NCBI GenBank assembly: GCA_022573815.1 | Contig: JACZTG010000001.1 | Location: 64,882-128,881 of the forward strand | Reading direction: 5' to 3' | Length of the DNA stretch: 64,000 nucleotides | Origin: Fidelibacterota bacterium | GTDB lineage: Bacteria > Fidelibacterota > SORT01 | In this document: positions 30,079-40,679 of the stretch, in pieces | Position numbering within the stretch: position 1 is the stretch's first letter | Layout of the letters: the number at the start of each line of letters is the position of its first letter | The notes under the pieces: generated by a model | Databases searched by the model: none | What the model was told of the DNA's origin: nothing | Seen by the model: the letters and a program-made list of their open reading frames with translations, nothing else | Program-made: the position numbers and the translations under genes

Positions 30079-30639
30079 ATGGCCAGTACATCAGATTTTA
30101 GAAACGGATATACATTCTCCTATAATAACGATATTTACAAAATAGTGGAATTTATGCACGTTAAACCGGGTAAGGGGAATGCCTTCGTAAGGACAAAACT
30201 CAAGAGTATCAAATCGGGCAAGGTGATTGACAAGACATGGCGAGCAGGTGAAAAGATCGATGAAGTAAGGCTTGATGCAAAAAAAATGCAATATCTTTAT
30301 TCAGATGACTCGGCATATTATTTTATGGATATGGCTACATTTGAACAAATACCGATACCGGCAATATTAATGGAAGAAGTGAAAAAGTTTTTAAAAGAAA
30401 GTATGGAAATAAAAATCCTTTTTAACGGTGATGAGCCGATAGATATAGAAATACCACCTTTTGTTGTAGCAGAAATAGTTGAAACCGACCCGGGTTTGAA
30501 GGGAGACACCGCAACAGGCGGCAGTAAACCCGCTACACTCGAAACCGGATACGTTTTGAATGTTCCTTTATTTATTCAGCAGGGTGAAAAGGTGAAAGTG
30601 GATACTCGCTCAGGTGAGTATGTCGAAAGAGTAAAATAG
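30079..30639 (+). CDS. efp: Translation elongation factor P
   Basis: MASTSDFRNG...KPGKG (beta-lysylation loop KPGKGNA). 186 aa. Confidence 0.95.
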   Translation: MASTSDFRNGYTFSYNNDIYKIVEFMHVKPGKGNAFVRTKLKSIKSGKVIDKTWRAGEKIDEVRLDAKKMQYLYSDDSAYYFMDMATFEQIPIPAILMEEVKKFLKESMEIKILFNGDEPIDIEIPPFVVAEIVETDPGLKGDTATGGSKPATLETGYVLNVPLFIQQGEKVKVDTRSGEYVERVK

Positions 30640-30667
30640 TTAGTCTAAATTATTTCTCGGAGAGATA

Positions 30668-31129
30668 ATGAATGAAAAAAAAATAAGGCAGCTCATAAAA
30701 ATTGTCGAAGAATCCGACATAAATGAACTTGAAGTGAGCCGCTGGGGGAGACGGGTCAGGATAACGAAGAATGTCGTGCATAATAATGGCACAGCAGATA
30801 TTGAAACAATTCATGTGGGACAGAAACCGGATACCAAAGAGGCGGATTCTAAAGTTGCTTCAGAAGAAGCGGAAGTTTCGCAGGAGACCGGAATTGAAAT
30901 TAAATCTCCGATGGTAGGCACATTTTATGCTGCTCCGGCGCCCGATGCAAGTCCATACGTTTCCGTAGGTGACAAAATTAAGGTTGGAGATGTGTTGTGC
31001 ATTGTCGAGGCTATGAAGCTGATGAACGAAATTGAAGCGGAAGAAGCTGGAGTTATAAGCAAGATTTTGGTCGAGAACGCCAATCCTGTACAATATAATC
31101 AACCTCTTTTCTTATTAGAGGCCGAGTAA
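30668..31129 (+). CDS. accB: Acetyl-CoA carboxylase biotin carboxyl carrier protein
   Basis: Biotinyl-lysine motif [12 protein letters not shown] at the C-terminus. Confidence 0.9.
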   Translation: MNEKKIRQLIKIVEESDINELEVSRWGRRVRITKNVVHNNGTADIETIHVGQKPDTKEADSKVASEEAEVSQETGIEIKSPMVGTFYAAPAPDASPYVSVGDKIKVGDVLCIVEAMKLMNEIEAEEAGVISKILVENANPVQYNQPLFLLEAE

Positions 31130-31139
31130 AAGCTCCCGA

Positions 31140-32573
31140 ATGTTCAAAAAAATATTGATAGCCAATAGAGGAGAAATCGCTCTCAGGATTATCCGTGCGT
31201 GCCACGAGCTCAAAATTGCGACGGTTGCAGTATATTCTGAGGCTGATGAAGATTCTCTTCACGTAAAATTTGCGGACGAGGCGGTATGTATCGGGCCTTC
31301 TCCCAGCGCTGAAAGTTACCTTCTAATTCCACGAATTTTGGCATCGGCAGAGATTACCAACTCAGACGCTATTCATCCCGGTTATGGGTTTCTTGCGGAA
31401 AACGCGAATTTTGCTGGCTGCGTTGTAGATTCCGGAATAACATTTATCGGGCCGTCTTCTGAGGTAATTCAAGCAATGGGTGATAAAGCTAAAGCGAAGG
31501 CAACTATGAAAAGCGCCGGGGTTCCGGTCATACCCGGCAGCGAAGGCATCGTGGACAGCGTGGAAGATGCGCGAAAAATTTCTAATGATATTGGTTATCC
31601 TGTCATTTTCAAAGCTACGGCAGGTGGCGGCGGAAAGGGGATGAGGATTGTTAACAGTGAGAAGGAAGTGGAAAAACAGTTTCTCATGGCCAGGACAGAG
31701 GCACAGGCTAATTTTGATAACGGTGATCTATACGTTGAAAAGTATTTTACAAACTCGAGACACATTGAGATTCAAATTCTCGCCGACGACCATGGGAATG
31801 TGATTCATCTCGGTGAAAGAGAATGTTCCGTGCAACGCAGACACCAGAAATTGATAGAAGAATCTCCCTCTCCGGCCGTGAATGATGCACTGCGAAAGAA
31901 AATGGGCGATGCGGCGGTAAACGGCGCCAGAGAAGCAAACTACAGAAATGCAGGCACCATTGAATATTTGCTCGACAGCGATAAAAATTTCTATTTCATG
32001 GAAATGAACACACGAATACAGGTTGAACATCCGGTAACTGAGATGGTATATGGAGTTGACCTTATAAAAGAACAGATACGTATTGCTGCCGGAGAGCCTA
32101 TCAGCACCGAGGTATTAACGGCTAAGCCGCAATGGCACGCTATTGAATGCCGTATAAATGCAGAAGACCCGGGAAATAAATTTATGCCTTCCCCAACTCT
32201 CATAACCGCTTTTCATGTTCCGGGAGGAGTAGGCATACGAGTTGACACTCACGCCTATGCAGGTTATGAAATTCCAATGTATTATGATTCGCTTCTTGCC
32301 AAGATGATCTCCTGGGGAAGAACACGGGAAGAAGCTATCGGAAGAATGAAGCGCGGAATCGAAGAATGTGTGATAGAAGGTCCGAAGACTACTTTACCCT
32401 TTCACCTTCAGGTTCTGAAGGATGAACGGTTTGCCAAAGGTGAATATGATACAAGTTTTATTGATAACTTTCATTTTGATCCCACCTTGATGAAAAGAGG
32501 TGATTATCCCGGATTAATGGAAAATATAGATAAAGAAAAAATTGAGGAGGTAGTGATTGAACCTACCGAATGA
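31140..32573 (+). CDS. accC: Acetyl-CoA carboxylase biotin carboxylase subunit
   Basis: ATP-grasp [21 protein letters not shown]. Full-length, 477 aa. Confidence 0.95.
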   Translation: MFKKILIANRGEIALRIIRACHELKIATVAVYSEADEDSLHVKFADEAVCIGPSPSAESYLLIPRILASAEITNSDAIHPGYGFLAENANFAGCVVDSGITFIGPSSEVIQAMGDKAKAKATMKSAGVPVIPGSEGIVDSVEDARKISNDIGYPVIFKATAGGGGKGMRIVNSEKEVEKQFLMARTEAQANFDNGDLYVEKYFTNSRHIEIQILADDHGNVIHLGERECSVQRRHQKLIEESPSPAVNDALRKKMGDAAVNGAREANYRNAGTIEYLLDSDKNFYFMEMNTRIQVEHPVTEMVYGVDLIKEQIRIAAGEPISTEVLTAKPQWHAIECRINAEDPGNKFMPSPTLITAFHVPGGVGIRVDTHAYAGYEIPMYYDSLLAKMISWGRTREEAIGRMKRGIEECVIEGPKTTLPFHLQVLKDERFAKGEYDTSFIDNFHFDPTLMKRGDYPGLMENIDKEKIEEVVIEPTE

Positions 32574-32934
32574 CATAAAGTACACCAAAGAACATGAATG
32601 GACTAAAATTGAGGGAAATGTCGCCACTATCGGAGTTACTGATTTTGCGCAATCTGAGCTGGGAGATATTGCCTGGATTGAAATGCCGGAATTAGGTGCA
32701 GAAACTAAAAAAGGCGAACCTTTCGGGACAATAGAAGCAGTGAAAACAGTAGAAGATCTATTTGCTCCTCTTTCCGGAAAGATTGTTGAAATAAACGAAG
32801 ATCTTTTAGATTCACCGGAATGGGTTAACGATGATCCTTACGGCAAGGGCTGGATAGCAAAAATTGAGTTCAGTGACGAGGCGGAACTCTCAAGTCTTCT
32901 TTCCGCAGATGACTATTCAGGACTAATTGAATGA
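32557..32934 (+). CDS. gcvH: Glycine cleavage system H protein (lipoyl carrier)
   Basis: Lipoyl-Lys context [10 protein letters not shown]. 125 aa. Confidence 0.9.
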   Translation: MNLPNDIKYTKEHEWTKIEGNVATIGVTDFAQSELGDIAWIEMPELGAETKKGEPFGTIEAVKTVEDLFAPLSGKIVEINEDLLDSPEWVNDDPYGKGWIAKIEFSDEAELSSLLSADDYSGLIE

Positions 32935-34289
32935 CCATCAAGGAAGCGTTTCATCTTATCCCCAACACCGAAAAAGATAGGGAAGAGATGCTCTCCGCTA
33001 TTGGCGTTGAGAATTTTGAGGAACTGTTGTCAAATGTTCCGCCTGAGCTTCTTAACACAAGTTTTGATTCATTGGATGACGGACTATCCGAATATGAAGT
33101 ATCGAAGATTCTAAGCGAGCTTGCCAGCGGCAATCTTCATTCAGGTGAAGCGGTTTCTTTTCTTGGGGGAGGGTCTTATGACCATTTCGTTCCCAGTTTA
33201 ATAGGAGAAATTATAAGTCGCTCAGAATTTCTTACAGCTTATACGCCTTATCAGCCTGAGGTTGCACAGGGCACTCTTCAAGCAATATTCGAGTATCAAT
33301 CTATGATTTGCGCATTAACGGGAATGGATGTATCAAATGCCTCAATGTATGATGGGGCGTCCGCACTCGCTGAAGCGGCGCTGCTTGCGACAGGCTATAC
33401 GAAGAGGAACAAACTTCTGATTGCCTCAACAGTTAATCCATCTCACAGAGATGTGGTAAAAACGTATATCCAGGGCGATAATTTGGAGCTCGTCACTGTC
33501 CCTAATAAGGACGGGATCGTAAACATTGAAGAACTTAAGTCGTTAATTGACGCAGACACCGCCGCAGTTTTAGTCCAAACGCCGAATTTCTTCGGATGTA
33601 TTGAAGACGCAGAAAAGATGGCGGATATCGCTCATGAGAACGATAGTCTTTTTATCGTAAGCGCTGATCCAATTTCACTCGGCATATTAAAAAAACCGGG
33701 TGAGTATGGCGCCGATATCGTCGTGGGAGAAGGTCAGGCATTGGGAAGCCCCACACAGTTCGGTGGGCCGTATCTTGGAATATTTGCTGCGAAAATGGAA
33801 CTTGTGCGGAGGATGCCGGGCAGAATCACAGGACAGACCTGGGATGTGGACGGAAAAAGAGGATTTGTACTTACTCTGCAGACGAGAGAACAGCATATCC
33901 GAAGGGAGCGGGCAACTTCCAATATCTGTACCAATCAAGGTATTGTAATGCTTACAGCAGCTATTTACATGGCTCTAATGGGGAAAAACGGAATCAGCGC
34001 CGTAGCGGAACTGAGCGCTAACAGAAGCCATTATCTTGCGGATGAAATTGATAAACTACCGGGCTATGAGCTGATGTTCAGTGCGCCGTTCTTCAAGGAA
34101 TTTGTTGTGAAAACTCCCGTTGCGCCCGAGAAAATAATTGAATCCCTTTTGTCAGAAAAATTCTTTGCGGGGATTGACTTATCACCATTTGACTACGAGA
34201 TTGAAAACGGAATGCTCATTTGCGTTACGGAAAAAAGGTCAAAGGAGGAGATGGACAGGTTAGTCCAACTCCTTCGCGAGGCGGCTTAA
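32931..34289 (+). CDS. gcvPA: Glycine dehydrogenase (aminomethyl-transferring) subunit 1
   Basis: The N-terminal half of P-protein architecture, 452 aa. Its start overlaps the gcvH stop by 4 nt. Confidence 0.9.
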   Translation: MTIKEAFHLIPNTEKDREEMLSAIGVENFEELLSNVPPELLNTSFDSLDDGLSEYEVSKILSELASGNLHSGEAVSFLGGGSYDHFVPSLIGEIISRSEFLTAYTPYQPEVAQGTLQAIFEYQSMICALTGMDVSNASMYDGASALAEAALLATGYTKRNKLLIASTVNPSHRDVVKTYIQGDNLELVTVPNKDGIVNIEELKSLIDADTAAVLVQTPNFFGCIEDAEKMADIAHENDSLFIVSADPISLGILKKPGEYGADIVVGEGQALGSPTQFGGPYLGIFAAKMELVRRMPGRITGQTWDVDGKRGFVLTLQTREQHIRRERATSNICTNQGIVMLTAAIYMALMGKNGISAVAELSANRSHYLADEIDKLPGYELMFSAPFFKEFVVKTPVAPEKIIESLLSEKFFAGIDLSPFDYEIENGMLICVTEKRSKEEMDRLVQLLREAA

Positions 34290-34292
34290 CAA

Positions 34293-35039
34293 TTGTCCGC
34301 TTGGGCAAATCTTCTTAAGAAAGTTGAAACAAGGGGCAGCGCTTATCTTGTCCTGGTGGACCCCGATTCGATAGAACAGGATTCCGTTCCTGACATTGCA
34401 AGGCAAATATCGGATGGAGACGCGGATGGAATTCTCGTCGGAGGAAGTCTGATTAACAGTGGAGATTTCGAATCAACTCTTACCGCACTGAAAAAGTCCA
34501 CCGATTTGCCGCTGATAATATTCCCCGGCTCGTCAGAGCAGGTGTCAGAGACAGCCGATATGCTGCTTTATCTTTCCCTGCTTAGCGGGCGAAACGCCGA
34601 TAAAATTATCGGCGAACAGGTAAAATCGGCAATGCGGATAAAAAAATCGAATATAGAATCTGTTTCCACGGCGTATCTTCTAATTGAATCAGGGAGTATT
34701 ACAACAGCGCAATTTATGAGCGGAACGCTGCCGCTGCCAAGGAAGAAATATGATATAGCGGTAGCTCATGCCGTTGCAGCGGAGCTTCTCGGTATGAAGG
34801 CGATATATCTTGAAGCGGGGAGTGGCGCGGATTTACCGGTACCGTTGAAAACCGTTTCCGCTGTGACCGCAGAAGTAGATATTCCTGTGTTTGTAGGCGG
34901 AGGTATTCGTTCTCCCGAAACAGCGGAGCTCAGAGCGCGAGCGGGCGCTTCTTTCATTGTAACAGGCAGTGTTCATGAATCGGAGATGGATTCTAAATCA
35001 GTAAAAGAATTCGCAAAAGCAATACATTGGAAAGAGTAA
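34293..35039 (+). CDS. pcrB: Geranylgeranylglyceryl-/heptaprenylglyceryl-phosphate synthase family protein (PcrB/GGGPS TIM-barrel prenyltransferase)
   Basis: DGILVGGS near the N-terminus, C-terminal phosphate-binding FVGGGIRS, and GSV. Length 248 aa, typical of PcrB/GGGPS. Confidence 0.7.
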   Translation: MSAWANLLKKVETRGSAYLVLVDPDSIEQDSVPDIARQISDGDADGILVGGSLINSGDFESTLTALKKSTDLPLIIFPGSSEQVSETADMLLYLSLLSGRNADKIIGEQVKSAMRIKKSNIESVSTAYLLIESGSITTAQFMSGTLPLPRKKYDIAVAHAVAAELLGMKAIYLEAGSGADLPVPLKTVSAVTAEVDIPVFVGGGIRSPETAELRARAGASFIVTGSVHESEMDSKSVKEFAKAIHWKE

Positions 35040-35950
35040 CAAACAGTGAAAAGACTGAATTAAGCAACGGGTTACGCGATTTTTTTATCCACCTCCGATT
35101 AGAAAGAAACCTTTCGGAAAATACTATATCCGCATATGGCACAGCGCTAAATCGTTATCTGCTTACACTCCGGGATAAAGGAATCTCCAAAGCCCGGGAT
35201 ATTGATTCGGGAGTCATTGCTTCGATGTTCACCGAGCTGTCCGCATTAGGTCTCTCTGCCAGAAGCGTGGCGCAAAATTTATCAGCCATAAAAGCATATC
35301 ACAGATACCTTGAGGACGAAAAAATAGCGGTGGAAGATCCCACAATTAATTTTCAGACGCCGAAGATAGGTAAAAAGTTACCTCAGGTTCTTGAGTATAC
35401 TGAAATAAAGCGTATATTAGACGCAATTGATACATCCACTCTAATCGGGATTAGAGACAGGGCAATGCACGAAACATTATACGGCGCCGGATTGAGAATA
35501 AGTGAGTTGATTAACTTAAGTAAAGCGAATATTTTCAGAAAAGAGGAATTTATCAGGGTTATCGGTAAAAGATCCAAAGAAAGGTTTATACCTTTGGGGG
35601 AAGAAGCGTTCAGGTGGATTGGATTGTGGGAAACCGATGCGCGACCGCAATTATTCAAAATAGAAATTTCTGAGGATTATCTCTTTCTGAACAATAGAGG
35701 CAAGAAAATGTCTCGTGACGGATTCTTTAAGATATTTAAAAAATATGTTGCGAAAGCAGGCATAGACAAAAATATAAGTCCGCACACGATTCGTCATTCC
35801 TTTGCTACTCATTTGCTTGAAGGCGGAGCCGACCTTCGTTCGGTGCAGGAGATGTTAGGGCATGCCAGCATTGCTACAACTCAAATCTACACTCATCTTG
35901 ATCGCGAATATTTGAAAGAAGTACATAAATCTTTCCATCCCAGAGGATAG
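35027..35950 (+). CDS. Tyrosine site-specific recombinase, XerC/XerD family
   Basis: C-terminal catalytic region HTIRHSFATHLLEGGADLRSVQEMLGHASIATTQIYTHL with the Tyr nucleophile. Core-binding N-domain present. Confidence 0.8.
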   Translation: MERVTNSEKTELSNGLRDFFIHLRLERNLSENTISAYGTALNRYLLTLRDKGISKARDIDSGVIASMFTELSALGLSARSVAQNLSAIKAYHRYLEDEKIAVEDPTINFQTPKIGKKLPQVLEYTEIKRILDAIDTSTLIGIRDRAMHETLYGAGLRISELINLSKANIFRKEEFIRVIGKRSKERFIPLGEEAFRWIGLWETDARPQLFKIEISEDYLFLNNRGKKMSRDGFFKIFKKYVAKAGIDKNISPHTIRHSFATHLLEGGADLRSVQEMLGHASIATTQIYTHLDREYLKEVHKSFHPRG

Positions 35951-35952
35951 AT

Positions 35953-36603
35953 ATGAATATTTCAGCACTGTTACTCAGCATTCCTCCGATTCTATTCGCG
36001 CTGAGTTTTCATGAATACGCACACGGATGGATGGCGAACAGATTGGGAGATCCGACGGCAAAAAATGAGGGTAGATTAACTCTTAACCCTCTTGCTCACC
36101 TCGATCCTTTAGGAACTTTAATGATAGTTATAGTGCATTTCGGTTGGGCAAAACCGGTTCCGGTAAATCCCTATAATTTGGCTGACCCGAAAAAAGATAT
36201 GCTCAAAATTGCGTTGGCAGGTCCTGTCTCTAATGTACTGATGGCGGCGGCAACGGGACTTCTTATTCGCCTGATGCAAGGAATGGGTATGTATGTGGAC
36301 GGAAGTTTTCTCGGGTTTTTTCAATATATGCTTTACTTTTTAGTGATGATAAATCTTGTTCTGGCGATTTTCAATATGATACCTATTCCGCCTCTCGACG
36401 GATCAAAAATACTATTCGGACTACTCCCAACCGAATATGAAGAAAGTTTTATAAGATATGAGAGCAAGGGACCTATGATACTTTTAGGTCTTGTAATAGT
36501 GAATAATTTCTTTGGAATACCAATATTCTCCACTTTTATTTCGCCTTTCGTAACATTCTTCAGCACTGTTTTCGTTGGCAGGAATCTCATAAGCCTTTTC
36601 TGA
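35953..36603 (+). CDS. Site-2 protease (M50) family membrane zinc metalloprotease
   Basis: HExxH as HEYAHG in the first TM region and a second ligand region LDGS. Polytopic. Confidence 0.7.
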   Translation: MNISALLLSIPPILFALSFHEYAHGWMANRLGDPTAKNEGRLTLNPLAHLDPLGTLMIVIVHFGWAKPVPVNPYNLADPKKDMLKIALAGPVSNVLMAAATGLLIRLMQGMGMYVDGSFLGFFQYMLYFLVMINLVLAIFNMIPIPPLDGSKILFGLLPTEYEESFIRYESKGPMILLGLVIVNNFFGIPIFSTFISPFVTFFSTVFVGRNLISLF

Positions 36604-36809
36604 TGTTTAATCGATTACCGAAGCCGCGGTATACATTCGATCCTTTTGGGGGAAAAGAATCTGATGATGACAAACCAAAAAAAATGATTTTTAAAAGAAA
36701 AAGATTAAGTATGAGAGAATCATCGGGTTCAGTTTGGAAAATCGTATTTATGGTTCTGGCTGTTTTCTGGATTATTCATTATTTTGGTGGTTTCGGCGGA
36801 GGAAAATGA
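36603..36809 (+). CDS. Small hypothetical protein with C-terminal TM helix
   Basis: 68-aa ORF. Its stop overlaps the start of the next gene. Possibly not expressed. Confidence 0.3.
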   Translation: MFNRLPKPRYTFDPFGGKESDDDKPKKMIFKRKRLSMRESSGSVWKIVFMVLAVFWIIHYFGGFGGGK

Positions 36810-37780
36810 AATTACTTTCAGATAAATTTGAACTTTCAAAGGCTGATATTCAGCGTAGGGATTCGGATGAAAGGGATCCGCGCGCGTTGGATTTGTTTAA
36901 ACCCTACGAGGGTAAAAAGGTTGATTTCGGTCTTTTAGGAGTCCCGTTTGACGGAGCCGTAAAAGGCAGACCCGGCGCTCGCCACGCTCCTGACAGTATC
37001 AGGGAGGCTTTCAGGTTTTATTCTACATATAATTATGAGCATGATGTTGATGTATCCGGAATGAATGCGGCGGACTTCGGGAATGTTAAACTGACCCGGG
37101 AGAACGTTAAAGAGGCACACGATCGGATCACATCTGCTGTCGGACAACTGCTCAGCGTCGCCGATGTTCCTATGATAATGGGAGGGGATCATTCAATTAC
37201 TTTTGCAACCGTAAAAGCGCTTTCCGAGGTGACCGAAGGAAATATCGGCATAATAACATTCGATTCGCATAATGATGTGAGGGAATATGAAGACGATGAT
37301 ATTTCAAGCGGCACTCCGTTCAGGCGGATTTTGGAGGAAATTGAGGGCGAACCTGTCAAGGGGAAGAATATCGTCCAAATAGGACTTCATGGATTTCTTA
37401 ACTCTTCGTACTATCGTGATTATGCTATTTCAAAAGAGATGATGATTTTCACTGCCGACGTTGTTCGGACGATGGGGATGGAAAACGTTATTAAAGGAGC
37501 GTTGATGCAGGCAGGGGACGGCACAGAAGCGATTTACCTTAGCGTAGATATTGATTCGGTTGACCAGGCGGAAGCTCCGGGTGTTAGCGCTCCCAGCCCG
37601 GGAGGTCTCAGCTCTTCCGAGCTCCTTAAAGGGATTTTTCACATCGCAAGCGAATCAAAAGTAAAATGTATGGATGTTGTGGAAATAGCGCCGCCACTTG
37701 ATTCGAGCGGAAACAGCGCACGGCTCGGCGCAAACGCTTTGTTGTATTTTCTTGGAGGAAAGGCTAAAAGCATTGGGTAA
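36806..37780 (+). CDS. Arginase-family hydrolase (agmatinase/formimidoylglutamase-like)
   Basis: Mn-binding motifs GGDHS, DSHND and SVDIDSVD. The start is trimmed to ATG 36806 (MKLLSDKF). Confidence 0.7.
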   Translation: MKLLSDKFELSKADIQRRDSDERDPRALDLFKPYEGKKVDFGLLGVPFDGAVKGRPGARHAPDSIREAFRFYSTYNYEHDVDVSGMNAADFGNVKLTRENVKEAHDRITSAVGQLLSVADVPMIMGGDHSITFATVKALSEVTEGNIGIITFDSHNDVREYEDDDISSGTPFRRILEEIEGEPVKGKNIVQIGLHGFLNSSYYRDYAISKEMMIFTADVVRTMGMENVIKGALMQAGDGTEAIYLSVDIDSVDQAEAPGVSAPSPGGLSSSELLKGIFHIASESKVKCMDVVEIAPPLDSSGNSARLGANALLYFLGGKAKSIG

Positions 37781-39572
37781 TATTAAAGTTCTTTCCGATG
37801 ATCTGATAAGTAAAATCGCCGCCGGCGAAATAGTGGAACGCCCCGCCTCTGTGGTAAAAGAATTAGTTGAAAACAGCATAGATGCTAAGGCTTCCCGGAT
37901 AAAGGTAGCTATTATGAACGGCGGGAAATCTATGATAAAGATCGTTGATAACGGCAGCGGGATGACTGAGGATGACGCGCTTCTGGCTCTTGAGCGGCAC
38001 GCAACGAGCAAAATACATTCCTACAATGATCTTGTGGGCGTGATGACTCTTGGATTTCGCGGCGAAGCTTTGCCGAGTATTTCATCAGTATCGCGGTTTG
38101 AGATTATCACCTCTCCCGCGAACGCGAAACACGGTACTAAGATTGTTGTAGCGGGAGGGAGTATCCGTTCAGTAAGTCCTTCTGAGGCAATTGAGGGAAC
38201 GTCTATAACAGTCAAAAATCTCTTTTACGCTACCGCAGCCCGGCGGAAGTTCCTGAAATCTGTTCAAGTTGAATACAGGCATATCCTTGAGGCGGTAAAA
38301 AGGTTTGCATTGGGATATCCTGAGATTGAATTCGAATTTTATAACGGTGATAAAAAAGTATTTCATACAAAGAAAAGCGATTTGGAAGAACGGATCGCCA
38401 CCACGTTTAGCCGCGAATACATTCCAAAAATAAAGGAAATCAATGGCAGTGGAAGGACTGTTACGGTCAGCGGCTATGCGGGAGACTTGAAGCTTTTACG
38501 CCGGAGTCGGGGAGAACAGTATCTCTATCTGAACAGACGATATATCAAAGACAGAAAGATGAGTTCGGCGGTGTTTAAGGGGTATGGCGATCTTATCGGC
38601 AGAGGAGAATTCCCTTTTTTCGTCTTAAATCTCACCACCGACCCGAAAAGCGTTGATGTAAACGTCCATCCTTCTAAAATGGAAGCCAAGTTCAAGAATG
38701 AATGGGACGTATATGAGACCATTAAAAATTCTGTTCACGAAGCAGTGCATCCCGCTTCCCGGCAGATGACCGATACTTTTAGACCTGTTTACAACGATCA
38801 GATGAAAGTTGCCGAAGAGACGAAATCTCACCATAACAGCACTGTCATACAATTTCTTCCTTCCCGACCGGCGCCGAACGAAAGCGTTCGTAATGATAGT
38901 CTCGATCGTCTGTCGGATATGATATCCGAAAAAGAGAAAGGTTTTTCTCCGGCAGTGAATACATACATTGAAACTTTTCCGGAACTTGAAGGGAATTTGC
39001 CTTCACCTGAAAAAATAGTATGGCAAATTCATAATAAATATATCATTTCCCAGGTGAAAAGTGGCTTGACCATAATTGACCAGCATGTGGCTCACGAGCG
39101 GATTCTTTATGAAAAAGCGTTGCACTCATTAGAAAAAGGAGGCGGTCAAAGCCAACAGCTTCTTTTCCCCCACAAAGTGGAGCTATCGCCGGAAGATTAC
39201 TCTGTCCTATTGGAAATACTTGTGTTTATGAATAAAATTGGATTTGAGATAACTGAATTCGGCGAACGGACTATATTGATTCAAGCCGTACCCGCTGATA
39301 TCAAAGCGGGAACTGAAGGAAAAGTATTAAGCGAGATTATAGACAATTTTCGCGAAACCAATGGAAAGGAAATTCCGGCTCATAAAGCTCTTGCCGCGAG
39401 TTTTGCGTGTAAGGCAGCTGTGAAAGCAGGAGAAAAACTCACTCACGAGGAAATGATCTCGTTGATCGAAAGGCTGTTCACCACAGAATATCCTTACTTT
39501 TGTCCACACGGTCGTCCGGTTATTATCAACCTGACATTAGATGAATTGGACAAAAGATTTGAACGAAAATGA
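37773..39572 (+). CDS. mutL: DNA mismatch repair protein MutL
   Basis: GHKL N-terminus IAAGEIVERPASVVKELVENSIDA. C-terminal dimerisation domain. A TTG start is chosen 9-18 nt downstream of GGAGGAAAGG. The ORF is open from 37698 but that overlaps the preceding gene. Confidence 0.85.
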   Translation: MGNIKVLSDDLISKIAAGEIVERPASVVKELVENSIDAKASRIKVAIMNGGKSMIKIVDNGSGMTEDDALLALERHATSKIHSYNDLVGVMTLGFRGEALPSISSVSRFEIITSPANAKHGTKIVVAGGSIRSVSPSEAIEGTSITVKNLFYATAARRKFLKSVQVEYRHILEAVKRFALGYPEIEFEFYNGDKKVFHTKKSDLEERIATTFSREYIPKIKEINGSGRTVTVSGYAGDLKLLRRSRGEQYLYLNRRYIKDRKMSSAVFKGYGDLIGRGEFPFFVLNLTTDPKSVDVNVHPSKMEAKFKNEWDVYETIKNSVHEAVHPASRQMTDTFRPVYNDQMKVAEETKSHHNSTVIQFLPSRPAPNESVRNDSLDRLSDMISEKEKGFSPAVNTYIETFPELEGNLPSPEKIVWQIHNKYIISQVKSGLTIIDQHVAHERILYEKALHSLEKGGGQSQQLLFPHKVELSPEDYSVLLEILVFMNKIGFEITEFGERTILIQAVPADIKAGTEGKVLSEIIDNFRETNGKEIPAHKALAASFACKAAVKAGEKLTHEEMISLIERLFTTEYPYFCPHGRPVIINLTLDELDKRFERK

Positions 39573-39609
39573 ATGTTTCGCCCCTCAATAATTTTAGCTG
39601 AATAGAGCA

Positions 39610-40545
39610 TTGGGTCAATTACCCGAAGTATTAGCGATTGTCGGTCCTACAGCGATAGGGAAGACTGAAGTCGGTATCCGTGTGGCAACCGAGCTGGACG
39701 GAGAGATAATCTCTGCTGACGCAAGGCAGATATATCGGTATCTGAACATCGGAACTGCAAAGCCTTCATCCGGGGAAATGAGAAATATTCCGCATCATAT
39801 GATTGATGTGGTGGAGCCGGGAGAATATTTCAGCGCAGGGAAATTCGGTGAATTAGGTCGTGAACATGCCGCGGATATTCTAACGCGAGGGAAAACGCCG
39901 ATTGTTGTCGGAGGCTCCGGGTTGTACGTTCGGTCGCTCTTAGATGGTTTGATTGAAGGCAACGCTCGTGATGATTTGGTGCGGGAGAATATTTCCCAAG
40001 AGATTAAAGATTTTGGAATTCAATCGGTATATGACCGCTTAATGGAAATAGATTCCGATTATGCAGAGAATATATCGCCCAATGATGAAGTCCGTATAGT
40101 CAGAGCGTTGGAAGTTTATACTCTGACAGGGAAAACTCTCACTGAATCCTTTTCGGATCAAAACAGCTCACCGCATTTAAATACACTTTTCGCCGGGTTA
40201 ATGATGAACAGGGAAGAGCTCGTGAGCAGAATTGAAGAGCGGGTGGATAAAATGATAAAAGATGGGTTGGTTGATGAGGTAGCGAAATTAATTGAGTCAG
40301 GCTATGCAGAAAAGATTAAGAAATTGCAGACAATAGGATATAGCGAGGTAATAGAACATCTTGAAGGTCGAATAAACGAGTCAACAATGCTATCCGAAAT
40401 AAAAAAGCACAGTAGGAGATATGCGAAACATCAGATGACGTGGTTTCGGTCAGATTCTCGGATACATTGGATAGACGTTGGAGAAATAGGCGATCCGGCA
40501 TCGCAAATAATCGAATATTGGAACAATCGAACTGCACTGAATTGA
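39610..40545 (+). CDS. miaA: tRNA dimethylallyltransferase
   Basis: P-loop IVGPTAIGKTEVG. 311 aa. TTG start. Confidence 0.9.
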   Translation: MGQLPEVLAIVGPTAIGKTEVGIRVATELDGEIISADARQIYRYLNIGTAKPSSGEMRNIPHHMIDVVEPGEYFSAGKFGELGREHAADILTRGKTPIVVGGSGLYVRSLLDGLIEGNARDDLVRENISQEIKDFGIQSVYDRLMEIDSDYAENISPNDEVRIVRALEVYTLTGKTLTESFSDQNSSPHLNTLFAGLMMNREELVSRIEERVDKMIKDGLVDEVAKLIESGYAEKIKKLQTIGYSEVIEHLEGRINESTMLSEIKKHSRRYAKHQMTWFRSDSRIHWIDVGEIGDPASQIIEYWNNRTALN

Positions 40546-40598
40546 ATTTATTGGATTTAAGGCATCAGAAGGTAATTTTCCCCTTTTAAACTCTTCAC

Positions 40599-40649
40599 TT
40601 GACATTAAAGTGTATAAAATTTATACTATTTTTAGCGAGAGTGTATAAT
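40599..40649 (+). promoter_or_regulatory. Putative sigma70-type promoter(s) upstream of the ABC transporter / pilus-regulatory block
   Basis: TTGACA (40599-40604), 17-nt spacer, TATACT (40622-40627). A second perfect TATAAT sits at 40644-40649 preceded by TG. Confidence 0.35.
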
Positions 40650-40679
40650 TATTAAGCTGTCTGAGCGAATTTGATTGAT

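Noticed and set aside
32931-34289. Missing gcvPB/gcvT considered as a gene-decay or pseudogene signal
   Set aside because: gcvH and gcvPA are full-length and intact. Split glycine-cleavage loci are common, so absence from the window is not evidence of loss.
35027-35950. Tyrosine recombinase considered as the integrase of a mobile element
   Set aside because: The sequence is a XerC/XerD-type chromosomal dimer resolvase. There are no flanking direct repeats and no phage or transposon genes, and the neighbours are housekeeping genes.
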